In this document: positions 1-11,586 of the stretch, piece after piece
Layout of the letters: each line of letters opens with the position of its first letter
Position numbering within the stretch: the first letter of the stretch is position 1
Assembly (NCBI RefSeq): GCF_963921235.1
Contig: NC_086101.1
Coordinates: 22,072,001-22,136,000 of the forward strand
From: Mobula hypostoma
Lineage: Eukaryota
DNA: 64,000 bases
Direction of reading: 5' to 3'
Made by a program: the position numbers and the translations under genes
The notes under the pieces: model-generated
Seen by the model: the letters and a program-made list of their open reading frames with translations, nothing else
Database searches by the model: none
Told to the model about the DNA's origin: nothing

Positions 1-100
1 AAAGGCGCAATGGACGGTTAGACTTGCGTGCTGTCACTTATCGCTGCAAACTCTGAGCAACTCCGGATGCCGCTGAGTTTACATTTCTGTCGCTCCGTAG

Positions 101-218
101 GTTCATGGACAAAGTGGCCATTATCAGTGTGTCGACCTACAGGGATCGCTACCTGGAGGAGCTGGAGAGAAATACATGCTTGATGGGGAGAAGGACTGAG
201 CAGGATGAACAGAGCAAG
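101..218 (+). CDS. Probable internal coding exon of an unidentified gene (x-FMDKVAIISVSTYRDRYLEELERNTCLMGRRTEQDEQSK)
   Basis: Acceptor tttctgtcgctccgtAG|G at 100/101 and donor AAG|GTattg at 218/219. Only the phase 2 to phase 0 frame is open across it. CpG-rich and non-repetitive. Protein not recognised. Confidence 0.55.
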
Positions 219-802
219 GTATTGCTTCGCCGCACAGCGATCTCGGCAGTTTAACCCACCCATTCCCGCCCAGCTGTTAAAAAACTCTCAGTGAAGGGTC
301 TCGGCTCGAAGCGTCGATTCTTATCGAGGCTGCCGGATAAGAATGTTGAGCTGTTGAGCTCCTCCGGATTGTGTGCGTGTCACTCCGGGTTCTCTGGCAA
401 TACGTGCAAAATGCTGGAAAAATCAGCAAGTCGATCAGCACCAGTGGAAGGGGATTCATTTCTCTTTCGCTTTCAGACCTAGTGAAGCGTCTCTATTAGA
501 TGCTGCCTGACTTGCTAAATTTCTCCGGCATTTTTTGTGTGTTGTTTATGGAAGTCTCTCTGGCGATCTCAGACAGATCTAGCAAGTGCTGACGTGTGGG
601 TTGTGTTGATATTTTGCTCTAGCAATGGAAACCCAGACTAGAATATGTAAAGTTAATGTGGAGAGGGGTTTACCCGGACTAATCCACCGACCTCAGTTCT
701 TTTTTTAAATGCCATCTCTGCTTCATTTGGAGGATGTCGTTATCTGCCATCCTCATCGAGCAGAACAGGAGACACCAGTTGATTAACCTAGTGATACTGT
801 AG

Positions 803-905
803 TACAAGCAACACACATCAAAGTTGCTGGTGAACGCAGCAGGCCAGGCAGCATCTCTAGGAAGAGGGACAGTCGACGTTTCAGGCCGAGACCCTTCTCG
901 GGACT
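803..905 (-). mobile_element. Penelope-like element terminal repeat (pLTR) fragment with decayed hammerhead motif
   Basis: Reverse complement reads tagtc-ccgagaa-gggtctcggcct-gaaacgtc-gactg, then gatgctgcctggcctgctg. The same repeat is attached to the GIY-YIG ORFs at 18401 and 62433. Confidence 0.75.
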
Positions 906-1007
906 ACAATTCATTCCGTTCCGTGCGAGTAACAAGTTCTGACGGAGTAAGGGGCCACAAATAATAGATATTTCTGAATTCCATCTGAGTATTCCCTCTC
1001 TATTTAG

Positions 1008-1067
1008 GGGAAACTTCAGTGTAACGGCACAAACAAATCTGCAAGTGTGGCATTCTTGAAGTGCTGG
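1008..1067 (+). CDS. Candidate next exon of the same gene (GKLQCNGTNKSASVAFLKCW)
   Basis: Acceptor ttccctctctatttAG and donor TGG|GTaaac. Only the phase 0 frame is open, which matches the end phase of exon 101-218. Confidence 0.35.
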
Positions 1068-1089
1068 GTAAACAGAAATTTATCTTAAC

Positions 1090-1570
1090 TTCCGGTAACA
1101 TCGCCCTCTGAACCCTCCCAACTCTGTCCTCTCGCCTCTTTTTTTCCCAACCCCCCCCCCCCCCGTGGTGTGCCCATCACCTCCCAAAATATCCCCGCCT
1201 ATTCATGGTCCGCTGTCCTCTGCTTTCAGATTCCTGCTTCTTCAGCCGTTTACCTCGCCACCTATCGTCTCCCTGCTTCTCACATCGACCCGCCACCGAA
1301 CTTCTCTCCTCGCCAGGTTTTACCTATCACCTGCCTGCCTGTACTTCCCACCTCCTGCTACCTTCTTATTCTGACTTCTCCCTCCTTCCTGTCGACTGTA
1401 CTCCTTTCCACAGATGCTGCCTAGCCTGCTGAGTTCCTCCGGCATTTTGTGTGTGTTGCTCTGGATTTCCAGCGTCTGCAGACTTTCTCTCGTTTCCTCC
1501 CCCTTCCATTCCAGTGTTAATGAAGGGTCTCAGCCAGAAACATCCACAGATGCTGCCTGGCCTACAGCGT
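1090..1570 (+). mobile_element. Penelope-like 3' region and pLTR fragments
   Basis: C/T-rich tract ending in gtcgactgt...gatgctgcctagcctgctgagttcctcc...gatttccagcgtctgcag, with a second short pLTR piece near 1518. Confidence 0.7.
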
Positions 1571-1659
1571 TCTTCCTTTTTGTCTGTGAAATCTATGTGT
1601 GCCACATTTGGTTTCTATTTGCATCAGGTGAACCACAGGAAACATATGCAAAGGACAAT

Positions 1660-2372
1660 AGACAATAGGTACCAGAGTAGGCCATTCGGCCCCTTCGAGC
1701 CAGCACCACCATTTACTGTGATCATGGCTGATCATCCACGATCAGTACCCCATTCCTGCCTTCTCCCCATATCCCCTGACTCCGCTATCATTAAGAGCAA
1801 TATCTAACTCTTTCTTGAAAGAATCCAGAGAATTGGACTCCACTGCCTTCTGAGGCAGAGCATTCCACAGATCCACAACTCTCTGGGTGAAAAAGTTTTT
1901 CCTCAACTCCGTTCTAAATGGCCTAGACCTTATTCTCAAATTGTGGCCTTTGGTCCTGGACTCCCCCAACATCGGGAACATGTTTTCTGCCTGCAGCGTG
2001 TCCAATCCCTTAATAATCTTATATGTTTCAATAAGATCCCCTCTCATCCTTCCAAATTCCAGTGTATAGAAGCCTAGTCGCTCCAACCTTTCAACATATG
2101 ACAGTCCCGCCATCCCGGGAATTAACCACGTGAACCTCCGCTGCACTCCCTCAATAGCAAAAATGTCCTTCCTCAAATTTGGAGACCAAAACCGCACACA
2201 ATACTCCGGGTGTAGTCTCACCAAGGCCTTGTGCAACTGCAGAAGGACCTCTTTGCTCCTATACTCAACTCCCCCTGTTATGAAGGCCAACATGCCATTA
2301 GCTTTCTTCACTGCCTGCTGTACCTGCATGCTTACTTTCAGTGACCGATGAACAAGGACACCCAGATCTCGT
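1660..2372 (-). mobile_element. CR1 (HER1-like) LINE 3' end, 5'-truncated
   Basis: ORF 1742-2398 has the CR1 C-terminal motifs ANGMLAFI, LVRLHPEYCVRFWSP, EGVQRRFT and LWNALP, followed by the CR1 3'UTR. Confidence 0.92.
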
Positions 2373-2799
2373 TGCACTGAGATTTTTGCTGCAGGCACAA
2401 AAGGCTACTGATGCAGTGTCGTGACTGGAAACGGTGACGGTTCTTTCTCCCACACCCTGAGATGCTGCACAGCCTGATGAGTCCCTCCAGCAGACCATTT
2501 CTCCACATCTGACTGAAGTTTTAGAACCATAGAACAGTCCAGCACAAGAACAGGACCTTCTGTTCATGAAGTGCTTAACTAAACTAATCCCCCTGTCTGC
2601 ACAATGTCCACATCCCTTCATTCTCTGCATATTCATGTCGCTATCTAAGAACCTTTAAAACTCCTCTCTGGTATTTGCCAGGCAGCTCGTTCCTGGCCCC
2701 CACCACTCTCTAAAACAGAAACACTGGTCTTGCACGTCTCCTTGGAACTTACTCCCTATAATGCCGTCCAGCATTAGACACACTGACCCTGGGGAAAGA

Positions 2800-2975
2800 T
2801 TGTTGTTGTTCGTTCGAGTCCGACTCTTCATGACCTCATGGGGTTTTCATAGCAAGACACAGAAGCAGATTGCCAGGCCTTTCTTCCGCGCAGATACCAC
2901 TGCTGCCCGGGTTTCAGCTCAGGACCGTCTGCCCTGAAGTCCAGTGCTGATGCCACTACACCACTAGCCGGCCCA
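2800..2975 (-). mobile_element. tRNA-headed SINE with an RTE/BovB-like tail, inserted in a CR1 remnant
   Basis: Head gggccggctagtggtgtagtggcatcagcactggacttc; tail gagtccgactcttcatgacctcatggggttttc plus (TTG)n; near-TSD tggg(g/a)aaagat on both sides. Confidence 0.6.
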
Positions 2976-4484
2976 TGGGAAAAGATACTGGCTGTCTACT
3001 CTGTCTGTGCCTCTCACAATCTTGTGGTCTACTATCCGGTCTTCCTTCAGCCTCCTGCTGCTCCAGAAAAAAACAACCAAAGTTTACCCAACCTCTCCTT
3101 ACAGCACGTGCCTTCTAACCCAGGTAGCGTCTTAGTAAACTTGTGCTGCATCTCATGCATCCTTCACTTAATGGGCTGAGCAGAACTCCAGATATGCTCC
3201 AACCAGAGCTTTATAAAGCTGTCATATGGCTTCATGACTCTTGAAATTAGATCCTCAACTGATAAAATGAACATGGCATACACCTCTTAATCAGCCGCTC
3301 AACGTAAACGAGCTACGGACTTGTACCTCAGGACCCTCTCTGCACATCAACACCGCTAACAGTCCTGCCATTAGCGGTGGACTGTCCCAAGGTGCAATGC
3401 CTCATACGTGGCTGGATTAAACTCCATCTGCCGCTCCTCTGCCCATATCTGCAACTGATCCTGCTGCGGCCTTGGCAATTTTCTACATTATCTAATGCTG
3501 GTGATCTTTGTATCATCTTTGTAATGAGTTCTTTGGGCCTGTGTCGGGGGCTGGCGAGCACTGGGCTGAATGTTGAGGGTCTTTAGTAATGAGACAAAGG
3601 CACATCCTGAATGGTGAGGGTCTTTAATGATTGACGTCACCTTATTGAGAGACTGCCCCTTGAAGATGCCCTCAACGATAGGGAGGCCAGTAACCCATGG
3701 TGGAACAAGCTAATGGAACTTCAATCAATTTACCTATTGAATATTGAAATCCCTCGATAGATTGGACATGGAGAAAATGTTTCCTATAGTGGGGGAGTCT
3801 AGGACCAGCGGGCACAGCCAGCAATTTCTTCAGCCAGAGAGTGCTGAATCTGTGGGATTCATTTACCTCAGAGGGCTGTGTAGGCCATGTCATTGGGTGT
3901 ATTTCGGCAGAGATTGATAGGTTCTTGATTGGTAGGGGGATTGATGGTAACAGGAAAAGGTGGGCGAATGGGTTTAACAGAATCAGATTGAATGGTGGAA
4001 CAGACTCGATGGGCCAGATAGCCTAATCCTGCTCCTATATTTTATGGTCTTATGTCTCATTGTAATGCCTCTCTGTCCTAAGCAGAACAACCTGACCTCT
4101 CTCCCATGTAAGGAACAATTTTTAGTAACTCTTCAGCATTCTTAATGTATTTGTATTTTTCCTAAATTATTGAGCCAAGAACAGGAAATATTATTCTCCC
4201 TGTGCCAGATCCAGTTTATTTGTAAAGGTACATCATTATATCCTTGTTTTTGTCCTGAGAATCTATGAAACTCAGGATTCTATATGCTACCTCAACCTGC
4301 TATGCCACATTCAATGAACAATGTATAAATTCCATCCTTCTTTGTTCTTGAAACATTGTAGAACTGTGCATCTAATTAAAGGTGCCTTTTATTATTTCCG
4401 TCCATGATTAAAGTTTTTCAGCTTTAAAATTCATCTGCCATTTATCCATCCACTTATTTGCCTCACCCAAATCTCTATTAGACT

Positions 4485-5460
4485 ATAAGACATAAGAGCA
4501 AAGTTGAGCTATTTGACCCATTGAGGCTGCTTCGCCATTTCATCATGGCTGATTTATTGTCCCTGCCAATCCTATTCTCCTGCCATCTCCTCATAACTTT
4601 TGATGCCTAGACTAATCAAGAACCTATTAACCTCCACATTAAATATACCCAATGACTTGGTCTCCACAGCCGTCCATGGGAATGAATTCCTCAGATTCAG
4701 CACTGTCTGGTGGAAGAAATTCCTCCACCTCAGTTCTAAGGTGATCTCACTTTATTCTCAGCAGCACACGCAAAACGTTGGATGAATTCAGCAGTACCAG
4801 TAGCATCTATTGAAGGGAATAAGCAGCTGACATTCCGGGCCAAGACCCCTCATCAGGTCAGGGTCTTGGCCCGAAATGTCAGCTCTTTATTTCTCTCCAT
4901 AGATGCTGTGTGACCTGTTTTGCTCCCCCAGCTTTTTGCACGCATCTGTATCTGTAGAAATTCTTATTCTGAGATTCTGTCCCTAGATCCTAGTCTCCCT
5001 TGCTAATGGAAACATTCTCTACCAGACATTTCAGAATTCAGTAGGTTTCAAAGAGATTCTCCCACCCCCACAAATTCTTCTGATGTCCATCAAGTACAGA
5101 CCCAGAGACATCAAGTGCTCCTGGAATGTTAACTCTTTCATTTCTGGCATCATTCTTGAGAGCATTTCCAAGGCCAGCACATCCTTCCTTAGATAACAAT
5201 ATTGCTCACAATATTCGAAATGAGCTCCGCCCAGTAGCTGGAATTCCCTCCTGTGGAGCCTGTAGTGACTTGATGAGCTGAACAACCTCATAGCCACAGA
5301 GCACTACAGCACAGAAACCGGTCCTCTGGCTCAAATAGACCAAACTGGCCTTCTGCCTCAATGACGCAGATCATAGCCTCCCATACCCCTCTCATCCATG
5401 TACCTATCCAAGCTTCTCTTACCTGTTACAACTGAACTCGCCTCTGGCAGTTCCTTCCAC
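4485..5460 (-). mobile_element. Degraded CR1 fragments with an inverted Penelope pLTR pair inside
   Basis: CR1 3'UTR (ataagacataagagcaaag) and C-terminal remnants. Inverted pLTR pair at 4780-4945. Confidence 0.65.
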
Positions 5461-6190
5461 ACTCACACCACCCTCTGACCGACAAAGTTTGCCCTCAGGT
5501 TCCCCTTAGATATTTCACTTTTCTCCCTGAACCTGTGGCCCCTAGCTTTCATCTCACCATACCTGAGGTGGGGTGGGGGGGGTGTGGAAAGCCTCCATGT
5601 ATCCACCTACCCATTCAGTCATCTTTCTGAGTACCTCCACAAGATCCCCCTCAATCTCCTGTGCTTCGGGGAATAATATACTAGCCTATTTAACCTTTTA
5701 CCTATCAAATGCTGGCAACCTCTTCATCAGAACCTTCACCTGTGTTTTAACTGTTCTCATGTGCTGTGAAAAACAGAGCTACTGTTACAAATACAACTTT
5801 CTGCTCCCCTCCAAGTGTGTTAATTAACAGTTCTTAACTCTGGTTCTATTATGGTCCCTGCCATAAATAAGCAATCTCCCAAGCTTCTGAGTATGCAGAG
5901 AAAACAAAAACAGTTAGGCTTTGGAAGAAGTAGTAGTTGGAAAAAATAATTAGCCTGACAGATATATGAAAAGACAGGAAACCCTTTAAGAAAAATATTG
6001 GAGTTTAATTTAATTCATATCCACCCAGTAGTCCAATGACATGTTGATATTTTAATGATGGCTTATCACAGCTGATAATCGCTAAATAATCTGCAATAGA
6101 CTCAAATAAAGTAATACACTTTGCATGTGTTTAATATAGTATTTTGATTCATTTATATCACTGTAAGACAATTGTATGATTGAATTACAG

Positions 6191-6252
6191 CAAATTTGAG
6201 GAGCCGGCAAACAAAAATGACAAGAGTGGTGACACAGCGCCACATAGTGGTG
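6191..6252 (+). CDS. Candidate exon (KFEEPANKNDKSGDTAPHSG or NLRSRQTKMTRVVTQRHIVV, depending on phase)
   Basis: AG acceptor at 6189-6190 and GTG|GTaggg donor. GC-richer island in AT-rich unique DNA. Phase is ambiguous. Confidence 0.25.
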
Positions 6253-6704
6253 GTAGGGATGTACATACAAGTCATACTTACATTGTGAAGTTTAAATGTC
6301 CATATTTAAACTGATAATTGGACGGAAAGATTTCATTAGATGGAAATTACGATTTCTAAATTATTGCAAATTGGCATTGATTGCATTCAGTACATCCATG
6401 CTAGGGCAGTTTGGAAATGGAAATTTGGTCCTACGGAATTTATGAAGCAGCGCAAAAAAATTGAGATGCAAAATAAATAGCTACACATACCATTTTTATG
6501 TGATCAAAAAAAACCTAAAGAAAACACAGAATGCAAAGGAAACAACAGTTTTTGTCAGCTCTTCTCAGGGGTTCACAGTGTGGAAATTCCTGTTTTCCAG
6601 GAATAAACCGTTCCATGATGTACTTTATTTGTTAGGTTTAGCAGCACTTGTTTGTCAAGGAAAATGGCAGCTACTGATCTAATATTTTTTTTTCTATATT
6701 ACAG

Positions 6705-6775
6705 GGTGTGCCTCAAAAATCAAACAAAAAAAGAAGTCAACACTGAAATCCAATCCATCCGACCATGTTGTGTAA
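6705..6775 (+). CDS. Candidate terminal exon of the upstream gene
   Basis: Strong acceptor ttttttttttctatattacAG. All three phases reach a stop soon (phase 0 reads GVPQKSNKKRSQH*). Confidence 0.3.
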
Positions 6776-6953
6776 CGATGAAAGCAAATCAACAAAATGA
6801 TTAAGCAATCTGTTTCTTCTTCATGTGCCTTGTGTGTCCCATATTTGGAAAATCATGACTTTCTACATGAAAAATCTCGCGCAGGCCATTTTGCCCTGCC
6901 AGTCTGCTCTGCCGTTCAATCATAGCTGATCCTTCTTTCCGCTCCTCAGCGTC

Positions 6954-7474
6954 TGTAACGTTTCACTGCTAATGTAATGGTTTCTCTGTAGCAGCAATGT
7001 TTGGGTTATGATTAGAGATAATGGGGACTTTGGAATGTAATGTTAGCCAATGAGGGGGATGGTGTTCTTTTTCGCGGTCTTTTGTCAGCAAGAGATGAAG
7101 AGGGAAGAAGCGAGTGGAGAGACCTGGTAGACCACCACATGGAGTGGACTGGGATCAGTGAAGATCAGCGACACTGGGTGGAGTTTGATGGTTGATGAAT
7201 GACCATATCAGTGAACTCCAACGTGCAATTTTGCCTTTTCCTTAAAATGGACCCATTTTCTTTTTCTTTATTTTAATATCTTCAGAATAAAAGTTATGAA
7301 GTGTGATCATTTAATTCCATATGGTGTACTGATTGGTACATTGCAGTTAGGATTTGTAACCGGGCAACACATCACACAGCATCCACACACGAGATTTCTC
7401 AGTTTGGTGGGGCCGGAGGCTGTTTTCCCCTAGACGAACACGGGCTGGCTGAACCTGAGGACCTGAGGGTTACG
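6954..7474 (+). mobile_element. Probable solo LTR (older)
   Basis: Starts TGTAAC and ends GTTAC(G). Flanks CGTC and CATC fit a 4-bp TSD with one CpG transition. Internal AATAAA near 7287. Confidence 0.55.
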
Positions 7475-7529
7475 CATCTTGTTAAACATCTTGTTTTTTG
7501 CACCACTCTCTATAAACGCTCCAGACAGT

Positions 7530-8762
7530 TGTACATGAAAATCTCAGGAGATAGGTGGAGGAGCGGGTAGTGTTGAGGAAACAGAGAACCTGCAGAGAGA
7601 CTTAGATAGTTTAGGGGAATGGGCAAAGAAGTGACAAATGAAGTACAATGTTGGAAAGTGTATGGTTATGCACTTTGGTGGAAGAAATAAACGGGCAAAC
7701 TATTACTTAGATGGGGAGAGAATTCAAAATGCAGAGATGCAAAGGGACTTGGGAGTCCTTGTGCAGGATACTCAAAAAGTTCACCTCTAGGCTGAGTCAG
7801 TGGTGAAGAAGGCAAATGCAATGTTGGCATTCATTTCTAGAGGTATACAATATAAGAGCAGGGATGTGATGTTGAGGCTCTATAAGGCACTTGTGAGACC
7901 ACACTTGGAGTACTGTGTGCAGTTTTGGGCTCCTTATTTTAGAAAGGATGTACTGACATCATGGGCATGTGGCAAAGTGATTAAGGCATTGGACTAGCAA
8001 CCTGAAGGTCGTGAGTTCGAGCCCCAGCCAAGGCAACGTGTTGTGTCCTTGAGCAAGGTACTTAATCACTGCGACGACACTGGTGCCAAGCTGTATGGGT
8101 CCTAATGTCCTTCCCTTGGACAACATTGGTGTCATGGAGAGGGGAGACTTGCAGCATGGGCAACTGCTGGTCTTCCATACAACCTTGCCCAGGCCTGCAC
8201 CCTGGAGAGTGAAGACTTTCCAGGTGCAGATCCATGGTCTCACAAGACTTACTTTACTTTACTGACATTGGAGAGGGTTCAGAGAAGATTCATGAGAATG
8301 ATTCCAGGAATGAAAGGATTACCGTATGAGGAACGTCTGGCAGCTCTTGGGCTGCATTCCCTGGAGTTCAGGAGATTGAGTTGGGATGTCATGGAAACAT
8401 TCCGAATGTTAGAAGGTCTAAACAGATTAGATATGACAAAGTTATTTCCCATAGTAGGGCAGCCTAGAACAAGAGGGCACGACTTCAGGATTGAAGGACG
8501 TCCATTTAGAATAGAGAGGTGGAGAAATTACTTTAGCCAGAGGGTGGTAAATCTGTGGAATTTTTTGCCACGAGCGGCTGTGAAGTTCAAATCACTGGGT
8601 GCAGAGATAGAGAGGTTCTTGATTAGCCAGGGCATCAAAGGATATGGGGAGAAGGCAAGGGAGTGGGGATGATTGGAAGAATTGGATCAGCTCATGACTA
8701 AATGGCGGAGAAGACTCAATGGGCTGAATGGCCTACTTCTGCTCCTATATCTATGGTCTTAC
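7530..8762 (+). mobile_element. CR1 LINE 3' fragment interrupted by a SINE
   Basis: ORFs 7800-7997 and 8268-8672 are consecutive CR1 C-terminal pieces, followed by the CR1 3'UTR. Confidence 0.9.
7960..8259 (+). mobile_element. Full-length tRNA-derived SINE with a CORE-like central domain
   Basis: A box tggcaaagtgatt, B box gagttcgagcc, gtgtccttgagcaaggtacttaa, (ACTTT)n tail, perfect 9-bp TSD tactgacat (7951-7959 and 8260-8268). Confidence 0.88.
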
Positions 8763-8764
8763 GG

Positions 8765-8985
8765 AGATCAAAAGGTTCTGAGCTATTCAAAACCACCCTG
8801 TCTGGGACCAACAATCATTCCATGATCAAAGTCACTTCGATCACATTTCTTCCGCATTCTGCTGTTTGGGCTGAACAACAACTGAACCTCTTGACCAAGT
8901 CTGCATGCTTTTTCTTTGCTGCAACATGATTGGCAGATTAGATGAACAGCTATACAGATGAACCTAATGTAGTAGTCACTCATTT
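8765..8985 (-). mobile_element. Tc1-like non-autonomous fragment
   Basis: Encodes MRKKCDRSDFDHGMIVGPRQGG (Tc1 transposase N-terminal HTH) next to a TIR remnant. Confidence 0.75.
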
Positions 8986-9984
8986 TTTAAAAAATATTTT
9001 CTATTATTTACGTCAAACTGAATTTCAATAGTTCTCATGGATGGCTTATTAAGCTAACGTGTTTATTCAACTAACTTTTTAAAAATATATATTTCTTACT
9101 GTAATTTACAGTTTTTATTATAATGAATTGCAGTGTACTGCTCTTGCATAGCAGCAAATTTCACGACATACAGCATGCGAGTGATATTAAACCTAATCCT
9201 GATTCAGATCCTGGTTCTGAATATCATGCACACATTTCTTACGCAGCTTGGGGCATCTGGAAAGTTGAAAATGACTGCAGAGCATCAAGCATGCCAGTGT
9301 CAGTTTTACAGCAGAGCTGCCAGACCAGACCTTGCAGACACAAGGAGCTGTTAGTCCAGGTGAAGACGAATCTCAGCCCAAAGTGACGACTGTCCATTTC
9401 CCAATGAGTTAACGTACAACATGGAACCGTGCAACACAGTAAAGGCAGTTCGCGTGCCAACATATAAACCCACTCCAAGATCAATCTAACCCATCCCTTT
9501 CCATCCATGTGCCTATCTGTCAAGTGTCAAGTGAAGTTTGTCATTTAATTACAAACACGCATGTAATACATATAGACACGAGACAATGTTTCTCCAAACC
9601 AGGTTGAAAAGTACATGACACGCATAACACACTATAACTTAAGAAGGAAAGGATAAAATTTACAGGTGAATCACACATAAATAACAAACTAAAGTGCATT
9701 AATATTTAATATTGTAAAGTACAGAGCAACACTTCGAATACATTGCGGCCGGGAGTTCAGAAGCCCAATGGCCTGGGAGAAGAAGTTGTTTCTTATCCTA
9801 ACCAGTCTTGCTTTTGTGCATCGTAGTCAGCTGCCTGATGGTAGAAAGTCAAAGAGGAATGCCATGTGGACCAGTGGATTCCTTAAAAATACCACGGGCC
9901 CTGCGCATGTGGCGCCCCTGATAAATGTCCCCGATGGATGGTAGGGAGACCCCTGTGATTCTCTCAGCTGTTCTCACAGCCCTT

Positions 9985-11586
9985 TATAGTCATAGTCATA
10001 CTTTATTGATCCCGGGGGAAATTGGTTTCCCTTACAGTTGCACCATAAATAATAAATAGTAATAAAACCATAAATAGTTAAATAGTATGTTACGTACCCC
10101 GTAACTGGGTTGCCAAACCAGCAGAAATGGATCACTCAGTTGGAGTCTGGAGTACTAGAACTAAGAAAGTTTTATTAAAGAAACAAGCAACACAGTAATC
10201 GAAAGGATAATAAATGCAACAATTCAACAATGATAACCACACATGTGCACAGAATTAAGATAACAGCATCAATCAAGCTCTATCGTTGTCTAGGGGTAAA
10301 TGACCAATTTCAAAATGACTCAAAGTTCAGTCCAGTTTGTAGTTCAGTTCGCAGTAATCGTTGCCATGGCGATGGACAAGGTGGGGGAAGAGAGAGATAG
10401 AATAGGAACAACTCATCATTCAGAACGGCTTCACTCACAGACCAGCAAGATGGCTCACAGACCAGCGAGATGGCTCACAAACAGCTTTTGGGCGGGTCCT
10501 TGGTGATGTCACCTGAGGTCACCGACTGTGACCCCTCCTCCAGATGCGGTCGATCCTCTGCAGTGAACCCGGCACCCAGGCAAGGGCGGACACACACCGG
10601 GTTCCCGCTGATCGTACCTTTCCACCCTTGTCGTTGTCTGGGACTTCTCACCCACTCGTGAGAAGCGCACCGCTTCCAGGGTCTCGTTACCTCGGGTGGC
10701 GTGTGTCTGTCTTAGCGAACCTGTCCCTTTTTATCCCCCTGCTGGGGTATCGCCTGTCCATCACTTCAAACAGTTCAGGGTTCAAAGGGGGGAGCCGCTC
10801 CAGACAGCTCTTCCTCCCACATCCCTTCATTACACATCTCCAGACGCTGCTCCATTGTTCCTTATCTCTCCTTCCCCTGAGGGCAGGTAGCAGACCAACT
10901 GCTGATGCCACTGATGCTAGCCCAGGCCAGCAAACATCTTAATTTTATGTGTATTCTCGTAACAAGTAATATGTAAATTATGCCAGGAAATAAGTCCAGG
11001 ACCAGCCTATTGGCTCAGGGTGTCTGACCCTCCAAGGGAGGAGTTGTAAAGTTTGATGGCCACAGGCAGGAATGACTTCCTATGATGCTCAGTGCTGCAT
11101 GTCGGTGGAATGAGTCTCTGACTGAATGTACTCCTGTGCCCACTCAGTACATTATGTAGTGGATGGGAGACATTGACCAAGATGGCATGCAACTTGGACA
11201 GCATCCTCTTCTCAGACACCACTGTCAGAGAGTCCAGTTCCATCCCCACAGCATCACTGGCCTTACGAATGAGTTTGTTGATTCTGTTGGTGTCTGCTAC
11301 CCTCAGCCTGCTGCCCCAGCACACAACAGCAAACATGATAGCACTGGGACCACAGACTCGTAGAACATCCTCAGCATCGTCTGGCAGATGTTAAAGGACC
11401 TCAGTCTCCTCAGGAAATAGAGACGGCTCTGACCCTTCCTGTAGACAGCCTCAGTGTTCTTTGACCAGTCCAGTTTATTGTCAATTTGTATCCCCAGGTA
11501 TTTGTAATCCACCACTGTGTCCACACTGACCCCGTGGATGGAAACAGGGGTCACCGGTACCTTAGCTCTCCTCAGGTCTACCACCT
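9985..11586 (-). mobile_element. Young Rex1/Babar LINE copy A (5'-truncated)
   Basis: ORFs 11303-11584 and 11007-11336 (LDWSKNTEAVYRKGQSRLYFLRRLRSF...SFLPVAIKLYN). (TATGAC)n tail. Near-identical to copies B and C. Confidence 0.93.
10088..10964 (-). mobile_element. Solo LTR (877 bp), Gypsy-like
   Basis: Termini TGTTACG...CGTAACA. Exact 4-bp TSD AGTA at 10084-10087 and 10965-10968, which restores the Rex1 3'UTR when removed. Minus-strand AATAAA near 10172. Confidence 0.9.

Noticed and set aside
7960-8035. tRNA-like A/B boxes
   Set aside because: These are SINE heads that continue into SINE body and tail with a TSD, not tRNA genes.
10300-10942. Cluster of overlapping ORFs
   Set aside because: All lie within the solo LTR and show no gag, pol or env motifs.
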